Shown in pieces: positions 18,433 to 26,555 of a stretch of DNA of 38,517 nt. Each line of letters begins with the position of its first letter. Position 1 is the first letter of the stretch. The translations under genes were made by a program, and so were the position numbers. The stretch spans positions 1 to 38,517 of the forward strand of contig CAJATB010000007.1 of NCBI GenBank assembly GCA_903944755.1, read 5' to 3'. This DNA comes from an uncultured Bacteroidota bacterium. Its GTDB lineage: Bacteria > Bacteroidota > Bacteroidia > Chitinophagales > Chitinophagaceae. Below the pieces are notes generated by a model. The model saw nothing but the letters and a program-made list of their open reading frames with translations, did not search any database and was not told where the DNA came from.

Positions 18433-19197
18433 TTACACACTGAAACGTAACCCGTCATAGGCCATTCTTATTGAATCGGGCAAAAATGCCTCCAATTCAG
18501 CATGTAGCCCAATTTGGTGACTAAAGTGCGTAAAGTATACCAACGGTATGGCCAACTCCTCTGCCATTGCTATAGCCTGGGCTAAATTGAAATGTGTTGG
18601 ATGGTCTTGAGGGCGTAATGCATTTAATATTAAAATACGAGAGCCCTTTATCTTTTCTTTTTCTTCCTTCGCTATAAAATTTGCATCAGTGATATAAGTA
18701 AAGTCCCCAATTCTAAATCCAAGTACCGGCATTTCCCTGTGCATTACCTGTATGGGTATAAATTTCAAGTCCCCAATAGTAAACGGATCTTTGTGAATTG
18801 TATGTAAAATCATCTCGGGCAATCCTACATCTTTTTTTTCTTCAAATGCATAATAAAAATCTCTTTTAATAGCAACTTGGGTAAGTTCATTTGCATAAAT
18901 GTGCATAGGCATATTTGAAAAGAAATTAAATGGCCTTATGTCATCCAATCCCGCATAATGATCCCTGTGTGGATGGGTAAAAACTACAGCGTCCAATTTT
19001 GTGGTATTAGTGCGCAACATCTGATACCTAAAATCGGGCGTGGTATCAATAACAACAGAAGTTGTTTTAGAAGTAATTTTAATACTAGTCCTTAACCTAC
19101 TATCTCTAGGATCAATGGATTTGCAAACAGGACAATCGCATCCAATTAAGGGGACGCCTGTACTAGTTCCAGATCCTAAAATAGTAATGTCTAGCAA
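18433..19197 (-). CDS. MBL-fold metallo-hydrolase (PhnP-like phosphodiesterase)
   Basis: Motifs LGSGTSTGVP, CDCPVC, THPHRDH (HxHxDH), YITD and THFSH; TTG start. Confidence 0.9.
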   Translation of the reverse strand: MLDITILGSGTSTGVPLIGCDCPVCKSIDPRDSRLRTSIKITSKTTSVVIDTTPDFRYQMLRTNTTKLDAVVFTHPHRDHYAGLDDIRPFNFFSNMPMHIYANELTQVAIKRDFYYAFEEKKDVGLPEMILHTIHKDPFTIGDLKFIPIQVMHREMPVLGFRIGDFTYITDANFIAKEEKEKIKGSRILILNALRPQDHPTHFNLAQAIAMAEELAIPLVYFTHFSHQIGLHAELEAFLPDSIRMAYDGLRFSV

Positions 19198-19250
19198 AAT
19201 CTAAATTGTTTAATTACTGCAAGAAAAACTAGAAAATGTAAAAAGCTTGC

Positions 19251-19529
19251 CTATGCTTCCGTTTCAGTTAAAGACAAATGCTTCACTTCCTCATATAATT
19301 TTTGTGAACCATGAGTTAGTTTGTCAAACTGAATATCAAGCTGTGGTATTAACTCCAACAAAGTGTTAATTCTAGCTTCTAAATTCAAAAATTTATTCAA
19401 CACCACAATTCTTTTTGATTCTAATAAGCACCAACCGCTTTGGAAGTTGCCTCTTTCATAGCGAACAACAAATTCAGATTCACCTAAAATATCTTCTAAC
19501 TTATCTAATGTAGTTTGAGTCAATTTCAT
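19251..19529 (-). CDS. Conserved hypothetical protein (alternative start at 19538)
   Basis: The RYERGNFQSGWC..VVLNKF pattern resembles a Bacteroidota hypothetical family. It has its own TATCTTTG box at 19565-19572. Confidence 0.75.
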   Translation of the reverse strand: MKLTQTTLDKLEDILGESEFVVRYERGNFQSGWCLLESKRIVVLNKFLNLEARINTLLELIPQLDIQFDKLTHGSQKLYEEVKHLSLTETEA

Positions 19530-19564
19530 ATTATGCATTGATTTATAGGGTAGTAAGGGTCTTG

Positions 19565-19633
19565 CAAAGATACTTTTTTGTTGAACTAGGCAGTTAATTA
19601 TGGGCTAGGAGTTATTCACATTTCGTACCTTTG
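19565..19633. promoter_or_regulatory. Divergent promoter pair with a DnaA-box match
   Basis: Minus-strand TATCTTTG at 19565-19572, plus-strand TACCTTTG at 19626-19633, and TTATTCACA at 19612-19620. Confidence 0.65.
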
Positions 19634-19649
19634 TGGGCATAAGAAAAGT

Positions 19650-20879
19650 ATGAGTTTTACAGAAAGAAAAATTATAAACGACCCAGTGCATGGTTTCATT
19701 ACAATTAATGATCCATTAATTTTTGCTATTGTTCAACACCCTTTTTTCCAAAGGTTAAGAAGAATACAACAAATGGCACTCGCCCACCTTGTGTATCCAG
19801 GAGCAGTGCATACAAGAATGCATCACTCTTTAGGTGCTTACCATTTAATGTCCATTGCAATTGCAGAGCTAAGGGACAAGGGTATAGAAATAACCAACGA
19901 AGAGGCACAAGCTGCAAAAGCTGCAATTCTTTTACATGATATTGGACACGGTCCTTATTCACATGCATTAGAAAATGTTCTACTGAAAGGAGTACACCAT
20001 GAGGACATGTCTCTGCTAATAATGAAGGAATTAAATCAGGAAAAAGAAGTTGCGTTAAATGGGAAATTAAATTTAGCTATTCAAATATTTACGAATCAAT
20101 ACCCAAAAAAGTTTTTACACCAACTAATCAGCGGCCAGCTGGATGTAGACCGCCTAGATTATTTATCAAGAGATAGCTTTTTTACAGGTGTTAGCGAAGG
20201 CGTTGTTGGTTATGAGCGCATTTTAAAAATGCTCACCGTGCACAACAACGAATTAGTAGTGGAAGAAAAAGGGATAAATAGTGTTGAAAAATTTTTAATG
20301 TCACGCCGACTCATGTATTGGCAAGTGTATTGTCACAAGACAGTAGTTGCGAGTGAAAATATGTTAGTGAAAATTATAGAGAGGGCGAAGCGTTTATATA
20401 AAACAGCCCCTGAGACTATAAAAACTGGCAGTGTATTAGACTATTTTTTAGGCGATTTTTCGGGGCAACTTAATGATATTAACCTAGACGCTTTTTGCAA
20501 CCTAGATGATACAGATGTGCTTTTTGCAGTGAAATTGTGGCAGCAACACACCGACCCTATTTTGTCCTTATTATGCAAAAGGCTCCTTAATAGAAATTGC
20601 TACAAATGCACAATGCACGATGAACCTATTAGCGAGGCCGACTGGTTAAAAGCATACGAAAAAACAAAAAACCTTTTCCCTTTTAACGAAAACGACCTAT
20701 CCTACCTGTGTTTTAAAGGCACGGTCACCAATACGATGTATAAAAATGATAGCGAAAGCATCAAAATATTACTAAAAACGGGTGAAATAACCAATATTTC
20801 GCAAATTCAGAATGCGATAATCGTTGAAAGTCTGTCCGCCCAAGTGAAAAAATTTTACATTTGCATGCTAGGCGAATAA
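19650..20879 (+). CDS. HD-domain phosphohydrolase (dNTP triphosphohydrolase-like family)
   Basis: Motifs [40 protein letters not shown] and YWQVYCHK. Confidence 0.9.
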   Translation: MSFTERKIINDPVHGFITINDPLIFAIVQHPFFQRLRRIQQMALAHLVYPGAVHTRMHHSLGAYHLMSIAIAELRDKGIEITNEEAQAAKAAILLHDIGHGPYSHALENVLLKGVHHEDMSLLIMKELNQEKEVALNGKLNLAIQIFTNQYPKKFLHQLISGQLDVDRLDYLSRDSFFTGVSEGVVGYERILKMLTVHNNELVVEEKGINSVEKFLMSRRLMYWQVYCHKTVVASENMLVKIIERAKRLYKTAPETIKTGSVLDYFLGDFSGQLNDINLDAFCNLDDTDVLFAVKLWQQHTDPILSLLCKRLLNRNCYKCTMHDEPISEADWLKAYEKTKNLFPFNENDLSYLCFKGTVTNTMYKNDSESIKILLKTGEITNISQIQNAIIVESLSAQVKKFYICMLGE

Positions 20880-20901
20880 TCCCCCATCCAAAAAATTACG
20901 A

Positions 20902-21948
20902 ATGCCACAATTTAGTGCCCAACAAATTGCTATAATGATACAAGGAACAGTAGAAGGTGATGCCGCTGTTCAAGTAAGCCAATTTGGAAAAATTGAAGAA
21001 GCAAAAAATGGCGAAATTTCATTTTTAGCTAACCCTAAATACGAAGACTATTTATACCAAACACAAGCTTCCGTTATTATTATTAACGAGGCCCTTGTGC
21101 TAAAGCAACCTGTCACTGCTACCTTAATTAGGGTGCCCGATGCATATGCAGCCTTTGCAACATTACTTACCAAATACCAAGAACTTAAAACCAATAATTT
21201 AACTGGCATTCAAAGTCCTTCCTTTATTGCAAGCACGGCTATACTAGGTGAAAATAACTATGTAGCCGCTTTTGCCCATATTGGAGAAAATGTAACCATA
21301 GGAAATAATGTAAAAATATTCCCTAACGTGGTAATTGGTGACAATGTAAAAATTGGCAACAATGTAATTTTACATCCTGGCGTGGTTGTCTATACCGATT
21401 GTATTTTAGGAAATAATATTACCATTCATGCTGGTGCAGTAATTGGCGCAGACGGATTTGGTTTTGCTCCAAAAGCAGATGGCAGTTTTCAAAAAGTGCC
21501 TCAATTAGGAAATGTTATAATAGAGGATAATGTAGAAATTGGATCAAACTCAACTATTGACCGAGCCACTATTGGTTCAACAATTATTAGAAAAGGGGTG
21601 AAACTAGATAACCTTATTCAAATTGCGCATAATGTAGAAATAGGAGAAAATACAGTTATTGCAGCTCAAACCGGCATCAGTGGCAGTACAAAAATCGGGA
21701 AGGGCGTGATGGTTGGCGGCCAAGTGGGCTTTGCAGGGCATATAAGCATTGCTAACGGCGTTAAAATAGCAGCTCAAAGTGGTGTTACGAAAAGTATTAA
21801 GGTTCCCAACTTAACTGTCACAGGTAACCCTGCTAGTGAACATACCACTGCATTAAGGGCACAAGTATATATGAAAAACCTTCCTTCCCTTGAAAAAAGG
21901 GTAAAAGAATTGGAAATATTAGTACAACAACTGTCTCAAAAAGGCTAA
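20902..21948 (+). CDS. lpxD: UDP-3-O-acylglucosamine N-acyltransferase
   Basis: Motifs [19 protein letters not shown] and [12 protein letters not shown], with hexapeptide repeats. Confidence 0.97.
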   Translation: MPQFSAQQIAIMIQGTVEGDAAVQVSQFGKIEEAKNGEISFLANPKYEDYLYQTQASVIIINEALVLKQPVTATLIRVPDAYAAFATLLTKYQELKTNNLTGIQSPSFIASTAILGENNYVAAFAHIGENVTIGNNVKIFPNVVIGDNVKIGNNVILHPGVVVYTDCILGNNITIHAGAVIGADGFGFAPKADGSFQKVPQLGNVIIEDNVEIGSNSTIDRATIGSTIIRKGVKLDNLIQIAHNVEIGENTVIAAQTGISGSTKIGKGVMVGGQVGFAGHISIANGVKIAAQSGVTKSIKVPNLTVTGNPASEHTTALRAQVYMKNLPSLEKRVKELEILVQQLSQKG

Positions 21949-22008
21949 ATCAGCCTAATTTTGATCAAATCATCGCTTTAAAATAGCGAAGCAAAAAATA
22001 TTATAAGC

Positions 22009-23418
22009 ATGGATCAGCATTTCAATCCGGATAAGCAACACACATTATTGTCAAGTATAAGCATTAGTGGAACAGGTTTACATACAGGTGTTTTAGTGGA
22101 TATGACACTACACCCTGCAAATCCTGGGTTTGGCATTCAATTTCAAAGAGTAGACCTTCCAAATAAACCTATTATTAAAGCCGATTGCGATTTAGTATCT
22201 GATACGAGCCGAGGCACCACCTTGCAAATAGGCGATGCAAAAGTGAGTACAGTTGAACATATACTTGCTGCCTTGGTAGGTATGGGGGTAGACAATGTAT
22301 TGATAGAATTAAATGGTCCAGAAATTCCAATTATGGATGGAAGTTCGGCTCCTTTTATTGAAAAGATTGAAGCAACTGGCGTATTGGAACAAGAAGCTGC
22401 AAAAGCATGGTATAGTATTGATGAAAATATTTTTCATTACGATGAGGAAAAACGAGTGGAAATGGTGGCACTACCTTCCCTTGATTACCAAATCACTACT
22501 TTAATTGATTTTAACAGTCCCGTACTTGGCACTCAACATGCCGCACTTAAAACTATAAAAGATTTTAAAGCTGAGATATCACCTTGTAGAACTTTTTGTT
22601 TCCTGCATGAACTGGAGGCTTTATTGGATAACGATTTAATTAAAGGGGGTGACATAAACAATGCAATTGTAGTTGTAGACAAGCCAGTAACTACTGAGGA
22701 AATGAGTCGCTTAGCAAAAGTATTTAAGCGCGATAAAATTGAAGTTAAAAGTGAGGGGTATTTAAACAATTTAGAACTTAGGTTCCCAAATGAACCAGCT
22801 AGACATAAACTATTGGACGTAATAGGTGATTTAGCATTAATAGGCTACCCAATTAAAGCCCGCATCATTGCAAACCGACCTGGCCATAGCAGTAATGTAG
22901 AATTTGCAAAAAAGATTAAGCAATACATCAAAAAAAATAAGCACGTTAAAAATGTGCCTGTATACGACCCCTCCATTACGCCTGTTTTTAGCCTTGAGCA
23001 AATTGAAAAGACATTACCACATCGTCATCCATTTTTGTTTGTTGATAAAATAATTGAACTAACTGATACTTCCATTGTAGGCGTAAAGAACGTGACATTT
23101 AATGAATGGTTTTTCCCAGGTCATTTCCCAGGCAACCCCATTATGCCTGGTGTTTTACAAATAGAAGCCCTAGCGCAAACTGGAGGTATACTTTGTATTA
23201 ATGCAATGCCTAAAGGAAATTATGATACTTATTTTTTAAAGATTGACAATTGCAAATTCAAGGCAATGGTAAAACCAGGCGATACCATGCTGTTGAAAAT
23301 GGAATTAATATCTCCCATTAGAAGAGGAATTTGTGAAATGAGAGGTACTGTTTATGTTGGCGGCAAAGTTGTCACTGAAGCAGACTTAGTTGCACAAGTA
23401 GTAAAAAGAGCCGAATAA
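22009..23418 (+). CDS. lpxC/fabZ: Bifunctional LpxC deacetylase / FabZ dehydratase
   Basis: LpxC motifs GTGLHTG, TVEHILAA and RHKLLDVIGD. FabZ motifs LPHRHPFLFVD and GHFPGNPIMPGVLQIE. Confidence 0.97.
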   Translation: MDQHFNPDKQHTLLSSISISGTGLHTGVLVDMTLHPANPGFGIQFQRVDLPNKPIIKADCDLVSDTSRGTTLQIGDAKVSTVEHILAALVGMGVDNVLIELNGPEIPIMDGSSAPFIEKIEATGVLEQEAAKAWYSIDENIFHYDEEKRVEMVALPSLDYQITTLIDFNSPVLGTQHAALKTIKDFKAEISPCRTFCFLHELEALLDNDLIKGGDINNAIVVVDKPVTTEEMSRLAKVFKRDKIEVKSEGYLNNLELRFPNEPARHKLLDVIGDLALIGYPIKARIIANRPGHSSNVEFAKKIKQYIKKNKHVKNVPVYDPSITPVFSLEQIEKTLPHRHPFLFVDKIIELTDTSIVGVKNVTFNEWFFPGHFPGNPIMPGVLQIEALAQTGGILCINAMPKGNYDTYFLKIDNCKFKAMVKPGDTMLLKMELISPIRRGICEMRGTVYVGGKVVTEADLVAQVVKRAE

Positions 23419-23429
23419 AATAATAAACT

Positions 23430-24227
23430 ATGACACATCCGTTTACCTATATCGATCCTAATTCCAAAATTGCTTCCAACGTAAAAATTGATCCATTTAC
23501 CGTGATACATGGCGATGTAACCATTGGAGAAGGTACTTGGATTGGAAGTAATGTCACCATAATGAATGGTACTAGTATTGGAAAAAATTGTCGCATTTTT
23601 CCTGGAGCGGTGCTTGGCGCTGACCCACAGGATATAAAATTCAATGGAGAAAAAACCACAGTTGAAATTGGAGACAATACCACCATCAGAGAATTTGTAA
23701 CAATCAATAAAGGCACGTCGGACCGTTGGGTAACAAAGGTTGGGAATGATTGTTTAATTATGGCATACAGTCACATTGCGCACGATTGTATAGTGGGTAA
23801 TAATTGCATATTAAGCAACAGTGTCCAAATTGCTGGTCACGTTACCTTAGGTGATTATGCTTGGATTGCAGGAGTGAGTGCTGTGCACCAATTTGTAAAC
23901 ATAGGGCAACACGCCTATATTGCTGGAGGAAGTTTAGTAAGTAAAGATGTTCCCCCATATATTAAGGCAGTGCGTAACCCTTTAAGTTATGGTGGTGTAA
24001 ATAGCGTGGGTTTAAAAAGAAGAGGATTTGATTTAGAAAAAATTAACCACATACTTGATATTTACCGTTATATTTTCAATAAAGGAATGAACACAACGCA
24101 GGCTTTAGAATTTATTGAGGAAGAATTACCTGCAACGGACGAACGTGATGAGATTGTAACGTTTATAAGAGATAGCGGAAGGGGCATTATTAAAAGATTC
24201 GGCAAAGGTGCTGTTGAAGAAGATTAA
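23430..24227 (+). CDS. lpxA: Acyl-ACP--UDP-N-acetylglucosamine O-acyltransferase
   Basis: Motifs PQDIKF, IREFVTI, HIAHDC, AGHV, VHQF and DVPPY. Confidence 0.97.
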   Translation: MTHPFTYIDPNSKIASNVKIDPFTVIHGDVTIGEGTWIGSNVTIMNGTSIGKNCRIFPGAVLGADPQDIKFNGEKTTVEIGDNTTIREFVTINKGTSDRWVTKVGNDCLIMAYSHIAHDCIVGNNCILSNSVQIAGHVTLGDYAWIAGVSAVHQFVNIGQHAYIAGGSLVSKDVPPYIKAVRNPLSYGGVNSVGLKRRGFDLEKINHILDIYRYIFNKGMNTTQALEFIEEELPATDERDEIVTFIRDSGRGIIKRFGKGAVEED

Positions 24228-24229
24228 TC

Positions 24230-24850
24230 ATGACTACTATTAGCCTGACAGACGCTGGTAAAAGATTCAATAAAGATTGGATTTTTAAGGGGCTTGATTT
24301 TAAATTTGAGCAGGGAAATTATTATGCACTTATTGGCAATAATGGTTCTGGCAAAAGTACCCTTTTGCAAATTATTGCAGGCTACACTACCCTTTCAAAA
24401 GGCACCATTACATGGGGCCCATTCGACACGCACACAATATTCCAACAATTAAGTATTGCTGCACCTTACTTAGAATTAATTGAAGAATTTACCACACTCG
24501 AACAGTTTGAATTTCATGCAAAATTCAAAAAAATAAATACCCAATTAACGTATGCTCAAATTATCGAGCTAATTGGATTAAAGGATGCTACAAATAAACA
24601 AATCAGGTATTTCAGCAGCGGGATGAAACAACGTTTAAAACTCGCATTAGCAATTTTTTCTGAAACGCAAATGCTGCTGCTAGATGAACCTTGTAGCAAT
24701 TTAGACAAGGAAGGTTACGCACTATACCACCACTTAATTAATACCTATGCGTTAGATAAATTAATTATAGTAGGAAGTAATGATCCACAGGAATATTCTT
24801 TTTGCAAACAGCAAATAAACTTAATGGATTATAAAACTGTGGGCGTTTAA
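24230..24850 (+). CDS. Orphan ABC-type ATP-binding protein
   Basis: Walker A GNNGSGKST, signature FSSGMKQR and Walker B LLLDEP; no adjacent permease. Confidence 0.88.
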   Translation: MTTISLTDAGKRFNKDWIFKGLDFKFEQGNYYALIGNNGSGKSTLLQIIAGYTTLSKGTITWGPFDTHTIFQQLSIAAPYLELIEEFTTLEQFEFHAKFKKINTQLTYAQIIELIGLKDATNKQIRYFSSGMKQRLKLALAIFSETQMLLLDEPCSNLDKEGYALYHHLINTYALDKLIIVGSNDPQEYSFCKQQINLMDYKTVGV

Positions 24851-26061
24851 CTTCTGCTCGCAATTAACAAATTTAAGTCTGTAAACTTAAGTTGGAATTT
24901 TTCGCTAATATAAAAATCGGTTAAGGCACCTTTGTATAAATAAATACCTTCTCTTAAGTGTACCTGTTGCCAAATAATTTCTTCTAACCCACCCTGATCG
25001 CCTATTTGTATTAATAAGGGCATGAGTACGTTACTGATAGCTTGGCTAGCCGTTCGAGCAAAGCCACTTGGTATATTAGGTACACCATAATGAATAACCT
25101 CGTGCTTTATAATGATAGGATGGGCATGATTTGTTAATTCACTAGTTTCAAAGCAGCCACCTCGGTCAATAGCTACATCTATAATAATACTACCAGGTCG
25201 CATTGCAGCAACCATTTCCTCCGTTACTACAATAGGTGCACGCCCAAATTCGTTTCTTAACGCACCAACAGCTACTTCGCAGGTTTTCAATTGCTTTGCT
25301 AAAATTTTTGGCTCTAGTACACTTGTCCAAACACGCTGTCCTAAATTATTTTGCAACCTTTGTAAACGAGAAACATTATTGTCAAATACTTTTACGCTAG
25401 CCCCTAATGCTAAAGCGTTTCGGGCCGCGAATTCTCCAATAATATCAGCACCAATAATAACCACTTTGGTTGGCGGCACTCCACTCACACCACCAAGCAA
25501 AACACCCTTTCCTTGATTAAAATTACTAAGGTATTGTCCAGCAATTAACATTACTGCACTTCCGGTAATTTCACTCATGCTTCTTAAAATGGGATAATTC
25601 TGATTTTCGTCTTTAATATTTTCAATAGAAAGTGCGGTTATTTTTTTAGCCATCAATTGCTCCATGAGTTCTTTTTTCAGCGCCGACAAATGCAAAGGAG
25701 AAATAATGGTCTGGTACATTTGCAAGTAGGGCAAGTCGGCTTCCACTGGGGGCGCTGTCTTAACTAATATGGGGCACTTGTAAACTTCTTCTTTTTCAAA
25801 AACAATCCTAGCACCCGCTTCTGAATAATCATTATCGGTATACCTACTTCCCGAGCCTGCTAAGGATTCCACCATTACGTCATGTCCATTAGCAACCAAG
25901 ACACTCACAGCATCTGGCGTTAAGCCAATCCTATTTTCTTGAAATGCAATTTCTTTAGGGATACCAATTAACAAGGGTTTTGAACCATGAGGTATATCTA
26001 ATACTTCCTCCTGTGTTTCAAAAGCAAACGACGATTTTATTTGTGGTTTAATGGTACTCAT
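24847..26061 (-). CDS. ald: Alanine dehydrogenase family protein (Bacteroidota long form)
   Basis: Motifs IGIPKE...ENR, MSEITG, GKGVLLGG, DVAIDRGGCFETS and HYGVPNIP. Confidence 0.85.
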   Translation of the reverse strand: MSTIKPQIKSSFAFETQEEVLDIPHGSKPLLIGIPKEIAFQENRIGLTPDAVSVLVANGHDVMVESLAGSGSRYTDNDYSEAGARIVFEKEEVYKCPILVKTAPPVEADLPYLQMYQTIISPLHLSALKKELMEQLMAKKITALSIENIKDENQNYPILRSMSEITGSAVMLIAGQYLSNFNQGKGVLLGGVSGVPPTKVVIIGADIIGEFAARNALALGASVKVFDNNVSRLQRLQNNLGQRVWTSVLEPKILAKQLKTCEVAVGALRNEFGRAPIVVTEEMVAAMRPGSIIIDVAIDRGGCFETSELTNHAHPIIIKHEVIHYGVPNIPSGFARTASQAISNVLMPLLIQIGDQGGLEEIIWQQVHLREGIYLYKGALTDFYISEKFQLKFTDLNLLIASRS

Positions 26062-26074
26062 TGCTACCTAATTT

Positions 26075-26485
26075 TTATGAAGGTATAAAAATCCTTCTAT
26101 GTTCAGGATCTAAAATTTCAATTTCAAAATGTTGTGTATTTTCAGGCAATAAATTGGGTGCCTTTTCGGGCCATTCAACTAATGAAAAATCAGCGTAATC
26201 GAATGTAGCTTCCACGCCAGCCTGACGCGCTTCCTGCTCGCCTTGTAAACGATACCAATCCATATGGTAAATAATTTTCCCATTCCCTTCATATTCATTC
26301 ATTAGGGCAAATGTAGGGCTAGTGACTGCCGAAGTCACTCCTAATTGTTTACAAATACGCCCAATTAAGGTGGTCTTGCCAGCCCCCATTGGGGCATGAA
26401 AGGCCCAAACAGGCTTATCGCCATATTTTTCTACCAATAAAGCAGCCAATTGGTCCAATTCGTTCAATGTATACTTCTTATCCAT
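26075..26485 (-). CDS. tsaE: tRNA threonylcarbamoyladenosine biosynthesis ATPase
   Basis: Motifs MGAGKTT, VTSPTF, YHMDWYRL and VEWP. Confidence 0.95.
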   Translation of the reverse strand: MDKKYTLNELDQLAALLVEKYGDKPVWAFHAPMGAGKTTLIGRICKQLGVTSAVTSPTFALMNEYEGNGKIIYHMDWYRLQGEQEARQAGVEATFDYADFSLVEWPEKAPNLLPENTQHFEIEILDPEHRRIFIPS

Positions 26486-26489
26486 TCAC

Positions 26490-26536
26490 CAAAGATAAGC
26501 GAACAAATACAATGCTGAAATGTCTTCGTATCTTTG
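26490..26536. promoter_or_regulatory. Back-to-back -7 boxes for tsaE (-) and the P1B ATPase (+)
   Basis: TATCTTTG on both strands, at 26490-26497 (minus) and 26529-26536 (plus). Confidence 0.7.
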
Positions 26537-26555
26537 TTTTATAAATAGACATATT

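Noticed and set aside
22009-23418. LpxC-FabZ fusion as a novelty
   Set aside because: It is a well-known, standard feature of Bacteroidota.
24847-24850. Convergent stop codons sharing TTAA
   Set aside because: A common consequence of genome compaction; nothing suggests antisense regulation.
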